Source: a virus
Lineage: Duplodnaviria > Heunggongvirae > Uroviricota > Caudoviricetes
DNA length: 39,662 nucleotides
Reading direction: 5' to 3' (one strand)
IMG/VR virus record: IMGVR_UViG_2541047126_000026
In this document: positions 1 through 8,864 of the stretch, piece after piece
How the letters are laid out: every line of letters starts with the position of its first letter
How positions within the stretch are numbered: position 1 is the first letter of the stretch
Program-made: the position numbers and the translations under genes
The notes under the pieces: model-generated
Databases searched by the model: none
What the model was told of the DNA's origin: nothing
Seen by the model: only the letters and a program-made list of their open reading frames with translations

Positions 1-738
1 TCACCCAATCTCTTTCAAACCGGTTTTAACAGTTTGTGGTTTTGGGTAAGGCTGGACTTTGAATAGCTTTGTGTTGAGGCGTTTTCTGGCCCTCTTGTTC
101 AGAAACCGGATGTAACGAAACTGTCGGAACTTATGAACACTGGCTCTGTCGATATTAGCCCTCAGATGTTCACCTCGTTGTCCGCCTCGTTTAATGGCAT
201 TCCTGCAAATCTCGTGATACCACTCGCCATCAAGTTCATAGAATGTTGATTCATGGCTGCCTACATAATCAAAATTGCTTGCCTGATACACGACACCAAG
301 ACAGCCACAACGCTCATCTGCAAACGACTGAACCCACTGTACCTGCGGATAAAGCTGTCTGATTAGCTTGAGCGCGTAACTGATTGCCCTTGATTCGGAG
401 TTTCTCGGCATACAGTCATGCAGCCATAGCCGGTTAAGCTCCATATATTCTCGGTTCTGCGTACCCGTTACGACGCGTGCACCACTGTTTGGGTTAAGGG
501 CGTAACCCCATTGCATTACGCCAACAAGTTCCCGTTCTGAAAATATGCCCAGATGAAGGTAGGAGTTATTTACGAAACGGTGGCTGTAATGTTTATTGAC
601 GATGACCAGTCTGGCCAGCCAGCAACTTATTGTCTCAACCCGCAACTCACGGGAGCCATAACCAACGATATTGTCGTTATAGCGAATAAGTTCAGGCGTG
701 CTGATGATTCGGGATGTGACTTGCTTTCTGTTCCCCAC
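1..738 (-). CDS. mom: Mom DNA modification protein
   Basis: 245 aa ORF; last gene of the Mu-ordered block, overlapped at its 5' end by a Com-like zinc-finger ORF; the sequence is consistent with Mom as I recall it. Confidence 0.75.
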   Translation of the reverse strand: MGNRKQVTSRIISTPELIRYNDNIVGYGSRELRVETISCWLARLVIVNKHYSHRFVNNSYLHLGIFSERELVGVMQWGYALNPNSGARVVTGTQNREYMELNRLWLHDCMPRNSESRAISYALKLIRQLYPQVQWVQSFADERCGCLGVVYQASNFDYVGSHESTFYELDGEWYHEICRNAIKRGGQRGEHLRANIDRASVHKFRQFRYIRFLNKRARKRLNTKLFKVQPYPKPQTVKTGLKEIG

Positions 739-892
739 GACAGGATTTCCTTGTGTATGTGGGGTGCTCTGTGGCGCTCGGAGATGTGATTTGATTGAGG
801 GTTTTACAGCGCGGACATTTTACTTCCAGATAACTGAAACTGGCCCGTGCCAGTAGCTTATTGCAGTGTCGGCACCGTATGTTTCGATACAT
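692..892 (-). CDS. com: Com zinc-finger translational activator of mom (track ORF 692..937; ATG at 892 preferred)
   Basis: Contains [10 protein letters not shown]...VKCPRCK, a CxxC...CxxC finger like Mu Com; overlaps mom start by about 46 nt; AGGAGG about 10 nt upstream of the ATG at 892. The track start at 937 is TTG. Confidence 0.7.
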   Translation of the reverse strand: MYRNIRCRHCNKLLARASFSYLEVKCPRCKTLNQITSPSATEHPTYTRKSCRGEQKASHIPNHQHA

Positions 893-937
893 GGCCGCAT
901 AACCTCCTGCTTTGTTGTTGATGCCTTTCTCATGCAA

Positions 938-1115
938 TCGATCGACAAAAACGATCGATTCGATTTGTTTAATTGATACAACAAATAGATTGAAAAGTCA
1001 TCAACAATGATTCAGGTAGGTGATTATTTACTTAAAGAAAACGAAGAGTTAGGTGGTGAAAACGATCATAAAATGATCATTTTATTGACTTTTTATATAG
1101 TGAAGGTAGGATCGC
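938..1115 (-). promoter_or_regulatory. Probable com-mom promoter/regulatory region with clustered GATC sites
   Basis: AT-rich; five GATC within about 175 bp (near 940, 953, 1064, 1075, 1110), two pairs in palindromes (CGATCG-acaaaaa-CGATCG and GATCA-taaaa-TGATC). Mu Pmom is regulated through upstream GATC methylation. Confidence 0.4.
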
Positions 1116-1305
1116 GCGTATATGTAGTATGTTTCAAATCAATGGGATACTACATACATAAAGAGCGACCCAGATAGCGCGAACTATTCTGGGCCGATTT
1201 AGACAATTTTGCATCAATGCTTTACTTCGAGCTCGTGGCGTATCCTATGATATTCCCCGGTCTCCTGTAAAGCAGAGATGCATAAAAAGGAGATCTTTAT
1301 CATGG

Positions 1306-1473
1306 ATGAAAGAGCCTGTTTGCCCTGCCTGTAAGACTCCCTTACAGCTCATCTATCGCCGTTCTCGATCTCAAAATGGCAAGACATACAAACCCAAAAA
1401 TGCTTCCTGTTTCAGGATGCTGATATGTCCTGCCTGTTCTCCCAGGAGGGAAAATACACAAAACGTGCATTAA
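1306..1473 (+). CDS. Candidate small zinc-ribbon protein (55 aa), not in the ORF track
   Basis: Hand translation MKEPVCPACKTPLQLIYRRSRSQNGKTYKPKNASCFRMLICPACSPRRENTQNVH; two CPAC motifs about 31 residues apart; AAGGAG 13 nt upstream (suboptimal spacing). Opposite strand to its neighbours. Confidence 0.25.
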   Translation: MKEPVCPACKTPLQLIYRRSRSQNGKTYKPKNASCFRMLICPACSPRRENTQNVH

Positions 1474-1511
1474 CAAACTCACCCGGCAGGGAAACCTGCC
1501 GGTCGGTATTG

Positions 1512-1757
1512 TTACATCATAGTACCGTCAGTTCCGGGCTGAACCGGCTCTGGTTGCTCTACGGGTTGAGGATCATTTTCCGTGCTGTTTTCAGCCGGAG
1601 AACGGCCAACCATTCGGGCCAGCACTTCATCAACATATGCGTCGATTTGTGCCTCAAAATCCTTGCGAACCTGCGCCTTCAGCACGCGGTTCACTTCTTC
1701 AGAATAAAGTGCCTGTTTGACAAGCTCTTCAGTAACCGTGCCTTTAATCTCTGGCAT
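1512..1757 (-). CDS. Hypothetical acidic 81 aa protein, cargo
   Basis: AAGGAG about 7 nt upstream of ATG; hydrophilic, Glu/Pro-rich C-terminus; no family recognised. Confidence 0.5.
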   Translation of the reverse strand: MPEIKGTVTEELVKQALYSEEVNRVLKAQVRKDFEAQIDAYVDEVLARMVGRSPAENSTENDPQPVEQPEPVQPGTDGTMM

Positions 1758-1792
1758 GAATATTCTCCTTTTGCAGGTATATTGCCCCGTTA

Positions 1793-1975
1793 TCAGAGCG
1801 GGGTCGGGTCGTTTGGGGATGACGGTGCCTGTGCTGTTTTACTGAGTTTTTCAGCTGCCGCATCATCAATTTTACGGCGAATATAATTTCTGATGACCTT
1901 ATAACCGCCGCTCACCAGATATAACGCACTGACCACTGCGCAGAAATAAAGCAGCATTGTATGAACGAATGTCAT
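1793..1975 (-). CDS. Hypothetical small membrane protein (60 aa), cargo
   Basis: Hydrophobic N-terminal segment LLYFCAVVSALYLVSGG followed by a basic stretch; plausible RBS upstream. Confidence 0.45.
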   Translation of the reverse strand: MTFVHTMLLYFCAVVSALYLVSGGYKVIRNYIRRKIDDAAAEKLSKTAQAPSSPNDPTPL

Positions 1976-2087
1976 ATAACCTTACCTTTGATATTGACTA
2001 CATAATTCGTTATCGGGTAAAAACATCGAAGCGACTGATAACCACTCCTTCGGGAGTATTTTTATTTTCCTTTATGGGTTAGGTAGC

Positions 2088-2125
2088 TCCCGCCAGCCAT
2101 ATCATGACCGGCGGGATTTTTTTAT
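2088..2125 (+). terminator. Hairpin plus T-run (CCCGCC...GGCGGG then ATTTTTTTA); loop is long, terminator-like on the plus strand only
   Basis: 6 bp GC stem with about 15 nt loop followed by a T-run; on the minus strand it is preceded by an A-run, so it does not look like the esterase terminator. Confidence 0.25.
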
Positions 2126-4161
2126 TCTGTTACCGCTTTTTTCACTTCCACCACAATGCTGTCAATCAGCACCGGGTAAGTTGCATTTTTTGTGATATCC
2201 GTTACGCGGAGTTTGTCCACCGGGAAAGTTCCTACTGGTGACTGCGTCAGGGTAAACGCGGCACCATCCTGACCATCAATAACCGGAATAACCTGAAGGC
2301 TGTTATTTCCTGCAAAACGGAAGGCCAGCGTATGCCATTCATTATCAAATGCACCAAAGGTTCCCAGTTTCTGGTTATTTGTTGCCACTTTTGCATTGTG
2401 GTACATCACATTCAGGTCTTTTGCGTCTGTCTGGATGTAGAACGATGCCAGCAGATTATTCCCTGCATCCCCTGTCAGGGTGACACCCTGCGGCAGAGAG
2501 GAAACCGGCCAGTAAAGCGCCATGACATACTGGTTTGCCACCAGGTCGCCCGGTACTTTAAAACGACAACTGATTAAACCACCATTTTTCAGCAGTTCAG
2601 CACCAGTACCGGCATCATGATCCAGATACCAGGATGATTTACCTGTTTCCTTGGTCAGTTTCATTGCCTTACCACCTGTGCCTCCTGCATCACTGATAAT
2701 TTCAGCTTTACCGCCAGCCGGCTCCCAGCCCTGGGCTTTCAGATTTCCTTCTGACTCACTGACACGATAAGACAGCAGTGTTGTGGTTACTGCTTCAGTT
2801 TCTGAAGGTGACGGCACTGGTGCTTCAGTTTCAGAAGATGGAACATCGGCTTTTACTGTGGTTCGCCCCGCATGAGTCAGAACTGCCGTGGCCAGACGGT
2901 CGGAAATAATCCCACGACGTGCCCATGAACTGAAATGGCTGGCCCGGTCCGCAGATGTCCAGGTGGCGGCACTGTTACGCCACGTTGAGCCGTAATAACC
3001 AATGGATTCAATATCCGGGTCTTCTGCCGGATTGTTGGTGGGTACATTCGCGTCATTTTCATCTGTCATTAATGGAACGAAATGAATGTTTTTATCTGTT
3101 TTGTTTTTGTAGCCGCCATAGATTGCCTGGTATGCCGGTTCATTTTTCTGTTTCCAGAAATACGTGGTATCGCCACAAATCCACGGAACGCCAGCAGCAC
3201 TGCCACCGGTACACTGTTCCGCCTGTTCAGCCAGGTCTGCGCGGAATTTTTCCACCATCGCCAGAAACAGCGCGGAATGCTCCGTCGGCTTCGCATCAAT
3301 ATCAAACTCGCCCTGCATCCACACCACAGCAAGCAGGCGGTTTTTCGGGTTCTTCGCCAGTGCCGCTTTTGTCCGGCTGATTAAGTCCTTATACAGCGGC
3401 TTATCCACACCCCAGCGGGCTGAGTCCTCTGAAGCACCCGTGCTGTCACTGTACGTGCCGTCAGCACCCGCCGTGAATGCAGAACCACCACGGCAGCAGG
3501 GAACCAGCAGAATCCCCGCATCTGCCGGAATAAACGGCAGCAGTTTTTTGGCAATGTGAAGCCCCTGACCCACGGTGCCATATTGCCCTTTAGCCACATC
3601 CGCTTTCGGGTGATTTTTTCCACTCATATCCTGCACATCATGCAGACAGTGGTCGGCCAGAATGATGTCGTTATACTGACAGGCTTTACCTCCCGGCGTG
3701 ACTGTACTGCGACGGGCTAACTGCATAATACGCGGTTCGGGGCGGTCATATGTCTCCGGCAGTGGCAGACCTTCACCGTAAGCCATACCGTTTGACTGAC
3801 CAGCAAGAACCACCACGTAATACCAGGAAGGGGAGCTGGAAGCAGTTTCATTTCCTGACGGACGGGTATGTGTTTCAGCATTATCCCAGTCTGACGGTTC
3901 AGCAGTGCCGGCAACATCAGCACTTAACGGAATGACCGCACCAATACCCGCTCCGGTAATTTCCACACTCGGATCACCGGATACTGGCCTTACCCACAGG
4001 CAATCCCGTGTATTAAAACTGATGAGACAGTCAGCAAATGTCATTCCTCCTTTTGTTTCGACCGGAGGAAAGGGAGCCTCAAGAAATGCCGCTGTACCAC
4101 CGGAAACTTTAACAGTAAAGTTTCCGGGCATTGATGATAGTTGAACCCATTTGGACGTCAT
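2122..4161 (-). CDS. Prophage NanS-p-like SGNH-hydrolase O-acetylesterase (N-terminal domain, esterase core, C-terminal lectin-like domain)
   Basis: 679 aa; GQSN motif in VVVLAGQSNGMAYGEG as in SASA/DUF303 sialate O-acetylesterases; extra C-terminal domain of about 250 aa; sits between gin and com where Mu has no gene. Confidence 0.65.
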   Translation of the reverse strand: MTSKWVQLSSMPGNFTVKVSGGTAAFLEAPFPPVETKGGMTFADCLISFNTRDCLWVRPVSGDPSVEITGAGIGAVIPLSADVAGTAEPSDWDNAETHTRPSGNETASSSPSWYYVVVLAGQSNGMAYGEGLPLPETYDRPEPRIMQLARRSTVTPGGKACQYNDIILADHCLHDVQDMSGKNHPKADVAKGQYGTVGQGLHIAKKLLPFIPADAGILLVPCCRGGSAFTAGADGTYSDSTGASEDSARWGVDKPLYKDLISRTKAALAKNPKNRLLAVVWMQGEFDIDAKPTEHSALFLAMVEKFRADLAEQAEQCTGGSAAGVPWICGDTTYFWKQKNEPAYQAIYGGYKNKTDKNIHFVPLMTDENDANVPTNNPAEDPDIESIGYYGSTWRNSAATWTSADRASHFSSWARRGIISDRLATAVLTHAGRTTVKADVPSSETEAPVPSPSETEAVTTTLLSYRVSESEGNLKAQGWEPAGGKAEIISDAGGTGGKAMKLTKETGKSSWYLDHDAGTGAELLKNGGLISCRFKVPGDLVANQYVMALYWPVSSLPQGVTLTGDAGNNLLASFYIQTDAKDLNVMYHNAKVATNNQKLGTFGAFDNEWHTLAFRFAGNNSLQVIPVIDGQDGAAFTLTQSPVGTFPVDKLRVTDITKNATYPVLIDSIVVEVKKAVTE

Positions 4162-4260
4162 AATAATCAGCCTGTTCCTGAATAAACTGAATTATCATAT
4201 CCACAGACCGATAAACGCCATTTTGCGTTAATTCAGTAAAGGCCCAACAAAGAGAGCGTC

Positions 4261-4821
4261 TTATTTTTCCGAAACGCTCGCAGGATAATAACGATAAAGG
4301 GTTGAAAGACCGATATCAAAAATAAGTGCCACCTGTCTTCGACTGACACCCCCGGCCAGTAAACGCCCGACCTGCTCGTATTGTTCCTGCGTGAGACGGC
4401 GGGGTCTGCCGCCGGTTCGTCCCCTTTCACGGGCAGCTGCAAGACCAGCCCGTGTCCGTTCGACAATTAATTCACGCTCCATTTCTGCCAGCGCACCCAT
4501 TATGTGAAAAAAGAAGCGCCCCATGGGGGTTGACGTATCAATGTTGTCAGTAAGACTACGAAAATTTATCCCCTGTTGCTGTAATTCATCTGTCAGCGCA
4601 ACAAGGTGGCGCATACTGCGCCCCAGCCTGTCCAGTTTCCAGACCATCAGCGTGTCACCGGGTTTTAGTTTCTTCAGTGCCCGCTTCAGTCCCGGCCGCT
4701 GTGTCGTTTTACCACTCATTTTGTCTTCAAAAATCTGCTCACATCCTGCACATTCCAGCGCATTTCTTTGTAAACCGGTGTTCTGGTCATTTGTTGATAC
4801 GCGTATATAGCCAATCAGCAT
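4261..4821 (-). CDS. gin: Gin/Hin/Pin/Cin-family serine DNA invertase
   Basis: 186 aa; N-terminus MLIGYIRVSTNDQNTGLQRNAL with catalytic Ser; very close to Mu Gin as I recall it; lies next to the invertible segment. Confidence 0.92.
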   Translation of the reverse strand: MLIGYIRVSTNDQNTGLQRNALECAGCEQIFEDKMSGKTTQRPGLKRALKKLKPGDTLMVWKLDRLGRSMRHLVALTDELQQQGINFRSLTDNIDTSTPMGRFFFHIMGALAEMERELIVERTRAGLAAARERGRTGGRPRRLTQEQYEQVGRLLAGGVSRRQVALIFDIGLSTLYRYYPASVSEK

Positions 4822-4851
4822 GTATTTACCTTCCTTAAAAAGAGGTGAAAA

Positions 4852-5271
4852 TGCCTTTTAAAACAGATATACGGTATCCCTGAAAACCTCGGTTTACGGG
4901 AAACGGTAAATAAGGCTGCTGATGCCCTGCCATCGGGTGGAACCGCCGTGGCAGCAAACAGACTCGCCACCCCAAGAAATATTAATGGTGTTCCTTTTGA
5001 CGGAACGCTGGATATCAACATCACGTCAGGAATGACGCAGTCAACCGCAGATGGCCGGTATGTACAGAATGTTCAGCTTGGAGCACAGAGCTATCATTCA
5101 CCCGGAGGCAATGAAATGTCATGGAATTACAGCGCACCTTCCGGTTGTATGCTTTCCGGAATTAACGTGCAGGAAACCGGCTCCCGGTCTGCGGACAATA
5201 TCGGTGGGGTCTATTATCGCCCGGTTCAGATTTATATTAATAATGCCTGGAGAACGGTAAGTTCAGTGTAA
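4852..5271 (+). CDS. Silent alternative tail-fiber C-terminal cassette (S'v-like)
   Basis: Encodes ...GLRETVNKAADALPSGGTAVAANRLATPRNINGVPFDGTLDINITSGMTQSTADGRYVQ..., homologous to the C-terminal part of the expressed fiber, then a divergent tip; wrong strand for late transcription in this orientation. Confidence 0.6.
   Translation, partial: CLLKQIYGIPENLGLRETVNKAADALPSGGTAVAANRLATPRNINGVPFDGTLDINITSGMTQSTADGRYVQNVQLGAQSYHSPGGNEMSWNYSAPSGCMLSGINVQETGSRSADNIGGVYYRPVQIYINNAWRTVSSV
4877..4902. other. gix-like crossover site 1, gin-proximal
   Basis: TCCCTGAAAACC-TC-GGTTTACGGGAA, an imperfect 26 bp palindrome resembling gix/hix; inverted relative to site 2; 27 bp (4889..4915) are identical to the reverse complement of 6239..6265. 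Confidence 0.6.
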
Positions 5272-5285
5272 ACCACAGAAAAGGG

Positions 5286-5304
5286 TGCTGAATGCACCCT
5301 CTGA
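5286..5304. terminator. Hairpin between the convergent S'v cassette and U
   Basis: AGGGTGC-tgaat-GCACCCT, perfect 7 bp stem; T-rich flank on the minus-strand reading. Confidence 0.35.
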
Positions 5305-5305
5305 A

Positions 5306-5827
5306 TTATTCCGGTTTTTCCGGCCAGGGAATCGCCTGGTAATGCCCCTCACTGGCAATATCATTAAAGTGCATTTCTTTAAGCTGTCGGATATACGCCA
5401 TCCAGCGCGTCAGCTGTAATTTATTTTCATCGCTAATCATGTCCAGTTTTAATTCTGTTTTCCAGTCATCCACGGTTTCGTTGGCTTCCTGGAGCAGCGA
5501 TGAGCGGCGATTTTCAGCAACCGTCTTCCAGTTTACCGGCACCTTTGATATCAGGCCATCAGAAAACTGCCAGTTACCGTCAATATTCACACCTTCCGGC
5601 AGTTCATCCACTTCAACAACAGTAAAACCTGCCGGATATAAAGCAGAGACATCTTCAGCAACAGAGCAGATAATACCCGTTACAGGCGAAATACAGAGTT
5701 TGTATTTCTTTGTGAAAAGCGGGATAGATTCATAAAAATCCCTTCCGTCCTCACTCTGGAAATACTGAACATCCTCACCATAGGGTTTGTGTTCCGGGTA
5801 ATATCGTTTTACGTTAATAAGCTCCAT
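5306..5827 (-). CDS. U: Tail fibre assembly protein (Mu U / Tfa-like); track ORF 5306..5938, internal Met start preferred
   Basis: Layout matches Tfa proteins (YPEHKPYGEDVQYFQSEDGRDFYE, PAGFTVVEVDELPEG, C-terminal PWPEKPE); AAGGTG RBS upstream of the MELINVKRYY start. Confidence 0.7.
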   Translation of the reverse strand: MELINVKRYYPEHKPYGEDVQYFQSEDGRDFYESIPLFTKKYKLCISPVTGIICSVAEDVSALYPAGFTVVEVDELPEGVNIDGNWQFSDGLISKVPVNWKTVAENRRSSLLQEANETVDDWKTELKLDMISDENKLQLTRWMAYIRQLKEMHFNDIASEGHYQAIPWPEKPE

Positions 5828-5906
5828 TATTTCACCTTGTTTTTGTTGAAAAGACAAAATCATCATATATTTATTCAGATAATCTGTTTTTTGAACTACT
5901 GCACTT

Positions 5907-6794
5907 TTATGCGCTGGAAGCTGTTTTCCACGAACCATCTATCAGAAACTGAACAGGTCGATAATATGCGGTTACCGTTGCATTACCATCACCAGCGACA
6001 TCAAGCCCTGTAAGTACGCATCCGTCAGGAACTTCAAAAATATTATATTGCATTCCAATCGTTGACCTTGAACCTCTTCGAATGCTTTGAACATAACGTG
6101 AGTCAGCCACAGACTGCGTCATCCCCGATGTAATATTTATATCCTGCGTTCCGTCAAATGGGACACCATTAATATTTTTTGGAGTGGCGAGTTTATTCGC
6201 TGCAACAGCCGTTCCGTTCGATGGCAGGGCATTCGCCGCCTTATTTACCGTTTCCCGTAAACCGACGTTATCGATAAAAGCGCCTTTATCCGGAATGTCT
6301 GCGCCGTTCTGCTCCCTGCGCAGGTAACGGTTATCACCTTCGCTTTTGCTGTAAACATCCAGATTATTACGGGCGGTTCCCGCATTCTCCAGGTCGGCAA
6401 GGTTCTGATCCTTCGCCAGAGCATTAACGTCACCGGGACCAAGACTGTTTTTTGTGGCAAGCGCCCCAAGACCAAGATAACCACGGGCAAGACGCTGGGC
6501 TTCCGCACCGGCATCAGCAATTTCTTTCAGGTTGTTTTTCCGGGAAAAGGCATTCGCAGCGATAATGGCTTTAATGGACAGCGTAAGCTGGTTTAACTGC
6601 GCCTTATCCGGCTGAATACTGGCTTCAGCCAGAATATTCAGCAGTTCGGCCTGGAGAATATTCAGCCAGTCCTGACCAATCCAGCTGATACCTTTTTGTC
6701 CGTCACCTTCGGTAAACCAGGTGGTGGTATTACTCTGCGCCGGTGCCAGCGCAGGCATATTCGCCACGCCGGAATTATTATCAACATGGAACAT
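5907..6794 (-). CDS. S: Tail fibre protein: constant part plus currently expressed variable tip (Mu S-like); track ORF extends to 6848
   Basis: Directly downstream of the gp48-like gene with TAATG stop/start overlap; C-terminal part lies inside the invertible segment and is homologous to the plus-strand cassette. Confidence 0.7.
   Translation of the reverse strand: MFHVDNNSGVANMPALAPAQSNTTTWFTEGDGQKGISWIGQDWLNILQAELLNILAEASIQPDKAQLNQLTLSIKAIIAANAFSRKNNLKEIADAGAEAQRLARGYLGLGALATKNSLGPGDVNALAKDQNLADLENAGTARNNLDVYSKSEGDNRYLRREQNGADIPDKGAFIDNVGLRETVNKAANALPSNGTAVAANKLATPKNINGVPFDGTQDINITSGMTQSVADSRYVQSIRRGSRSTIGMQYNIFEVPDGCVLTGLDVAGDGNATVTAYYRPVQFLIDGSWKTASSA
6252..6277. other. gix-like crossover site 2, inside the tail-fibre gene
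   Basis: TTCCCGTAAACC-GA-CGTTATCGATAA; left half identical to the half-site of site 1; inverted orientation relative to site 1. Confidence 0.6.
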
Positions 6795-7354
6795 TAAATA
6801 TTCCCCTCTTCGTGACTGTTTGCATATACGTAAATAAACGTCTGCCATGCAGGCTTATAACGGTTCAGAATACATTCCAGCGCACCGCCCTCATAAATAC
6901 GCAGCGGCGTGAGAATATCATCCAGCACATTCATATTCCGGTAGCCGGTTTCACTGTTTATCGTGACAATACTGACCCACTGTGAATCCGGTGATGGCTG
7001 GATATCTATTTCATAACCAAACTCTGCCGCAAACCGGATATAAAATTCACGGTTAAGAGAGGGTTTCATCCGGTATTTATTCCCTGCATAACGCTGACGT
7101 TCCTGAATGGTTGCGCCGGTCATATCACATTCCGGTAACCCCAGATAACGCTCCCAGTCTTCCAGCAGCAGACGGGATGAATCAGGAAAACGTTCTGCCA
7201 GCATCTGGTTACCGGTCCAGGAAACACGCTCCGTGGAATGACTGAGGCCCAGGCACAAAGCTGCAAGAACGGATGACGGCCGCTTATCCCATGCCAGCCC
7301 GTCAGGCAGCAACTGCAACAGGGCGCGCTGATGCGGGGTCAGGGTTACAGCCAT
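6794..7354 (-). CDS. Baseplate/tail protein (Mu gp48-like, DUF2313 type)
   Basis: 186 aa; between the baseplate J-like gene and the tail fibre, as in Mu. Confidence 0.65.
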   Translation of the reverse strand: MAVTLTPHQRALLQLLPDGLAWDKRPSSVLAALCLGLSHSTERVSWTGNQMLAERFPDSSRLLLEDWERYLGLPECDMTGATIQERQRYAGNKYRMKPSLNREFYIRFAAEFGYEIDIQPSPDSQWVSIVTINSETGYRNMNVLDDILTPLRIYEGGALECILNRYKPAWQTFIYVYANSHEEGNI

Positions 7355-8430
7355 GTGATTTCCCCCACGGTCAGCAACTCTGTATCTCCGGCCATCACGG
7401 ACTTCAGCGGACTGCGAACTTCAAAATCCTCCAGTCCTTTCACCCCTGCAACAGCCCGCCAGAATGATGAAGGCAATACAAGTCCACCCGGCCGCGATTC
7501 GTTATAAAGCAGGTCCGTTAATGCCTGTTTTACGGCAGCCTGATTTTCCGGCGTTTTGGGTACAATCCTGATCTCAAACGCCACCGGCTTATTGGTCAGC
7601 TTAAACACGCTGATTGTCGGCCCAAGTGGCTGACCAACGGGCTGGCCCGTCGCCGGATCATCATGACTGCGGATATAATCCGCCACCCGCTTCACATCAC
7701 CTTCTCCGGGGAAAATGTCAGGGTTATTATCCTGAACAAAAGTCACACCAACACTACCCGCCTCAGGCCATTCAGGCTTACACCATGCCCGCGTCACGCC
7801 CGGTACTTCCCGTGCCCAGCGTTCAAAATCATACTGTGTTCCCCCTGATGGCGGGTTCTGTACCCGGAATACCAGCCTGGACAGCAACTCCGGCACCGTT
7901 TCCACATCCGCACCACCGGTGAGTCCCGTGCCGGTAACCGTGGCTGTCTGGTTGATGCCCGCCTGTGGCGTGATAAAGGACAGGCGGGTTCCGGTCGGGG
8001 TATTTCCGGCGCGCCCCGCACTTTCCGCCTCCACATTAACATTCAGTGTTCCGGCTTTTCCGGTCGCAGAGCCGGTGATGCGGTACACAACACCATCGCT
8101 TCGCTGAAGGAGTACGCCTTCCGTGATCCCTGCATCCGTGGTCAGCATCAGTTGTACCGGTCCGTCAGCGCGGGAAGCCGGTTTACGGATGACACCCCAG
8201 AATGCGCAGTGTTTCAGGAGTTCGGCTTCATCAGCTTCTGTCGGAATTATCTGCCGGGAGATCCAGGCCAGATGTTCATGCTCCTGTGCTGACAGACCCG
8301 CCAGTGCATACGCAATGGCATTCAGGGTGGTTTCATTCACGCCCGGCTGCGAACCGGGCAGGCGCTGGCTGATATCCTGTTGTGTCTGTGTGATCAGTTG
8401 CGCCAGTGGTAAGGGCTGATAAGGCATCAT
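7345..8430 (-). CDS. Baseplate J-like protein (Mu gp47-like)
   Basis: 361 aa; position and size fit the Mu baseplate wedge protein. Confidence 0.75.
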   Translation of the reverse strand: MMPYQPLPLAQLITQTQQDISQRLPGSQPGVNETTLNAIAYALAGLSAQEHEHLAWISRQIIPTEADEAELLKHCAFWGVIRKPASRADGPVQLMLTTDAGITEGVLLQRSDGVVYRITGSATGKAGTLNVNVEAESAGRAGNTPTGTRLSFITPQAGINQTATVTGTGLTGGADVETVPELLSRLVFRVQNPPSGGTQYDFERWAREVPGVTRAWCKPEWPEAGSVGVTFVQDNNPDIFPGEGDVKRVADYIRSHDDPATGQPVGQPLGPTISVFKLTNKPVAFEIRIVPKTPENQAAVKQALTDLLYNESRPGGLVLPSSFWRAVAGVKGLEDFEVRSPLKSVMAGDTELLTVGEITWL

Positions 8431-8864
8431 TCCCCCTTCATATCAGCATAAAAAATCATCGGATGTCTGCTTCCGTCCGGCAGGGTGATTTTCACGGAAA
8501 GCGAAAGGCGATCATGCCCCACACGCATGGCATGACATACCACGGATGTGGCAGCACCGCTTTTATGCAGCCACGCCAGCGCTTCATCAGCATAGGCCTG
8601 TGCACGGCTGACCACGGAGGACAGCGTCTTTTCACGGCTTAACAGCCAGAGACGGGAGCCAATGGGGCGCTCCCGGAAACTGTCTCCCCACCATCCCCGA
8701 CGGTCACGGGTGCCGTCAGGGATTTCATCGGAATCCAGCGCCCGCCTGTCCGTAAACAGTGAAATAATGACCGCAGTCAGCAGGCTGTTATCCGTCAGAA
8801 GATCTGCGCCGTTCAGTTGCAGGGAACCACAACCCTGATCCCAGACGACAGCAATATCAGCCAT
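8427..8864 (-). CDS. Baseplate protein (Mu gp46-like); start at MADIAVVW preferred over track start 9077
   Basis: GGGAGG RBS upstream of the internal ATG; the track's long N-terminal extension overlaps the gp45-like gene in another frame. Confidence 0.65.
   Translation of the reverse strand: MADIAVVWDQGCGSLQLNGADLLTDNSLLTAVIISLFTDRRALDSDEIPDGTRDRRGWWGDSFRERPIGSRLWLLSREKTLSSVVSRAQAYADEALAWLHKSGAATSVVCHAMRVGHDRLSLSVKITLPDGSRHPMIFYADMKGE

Noticed and set aside
1425-1886. 153 aa plus-strand ORF
   Set aside because: Antisense to the two small minus-strand cargo ORFs, which have better ribosome binding sites and more protein-like composition.
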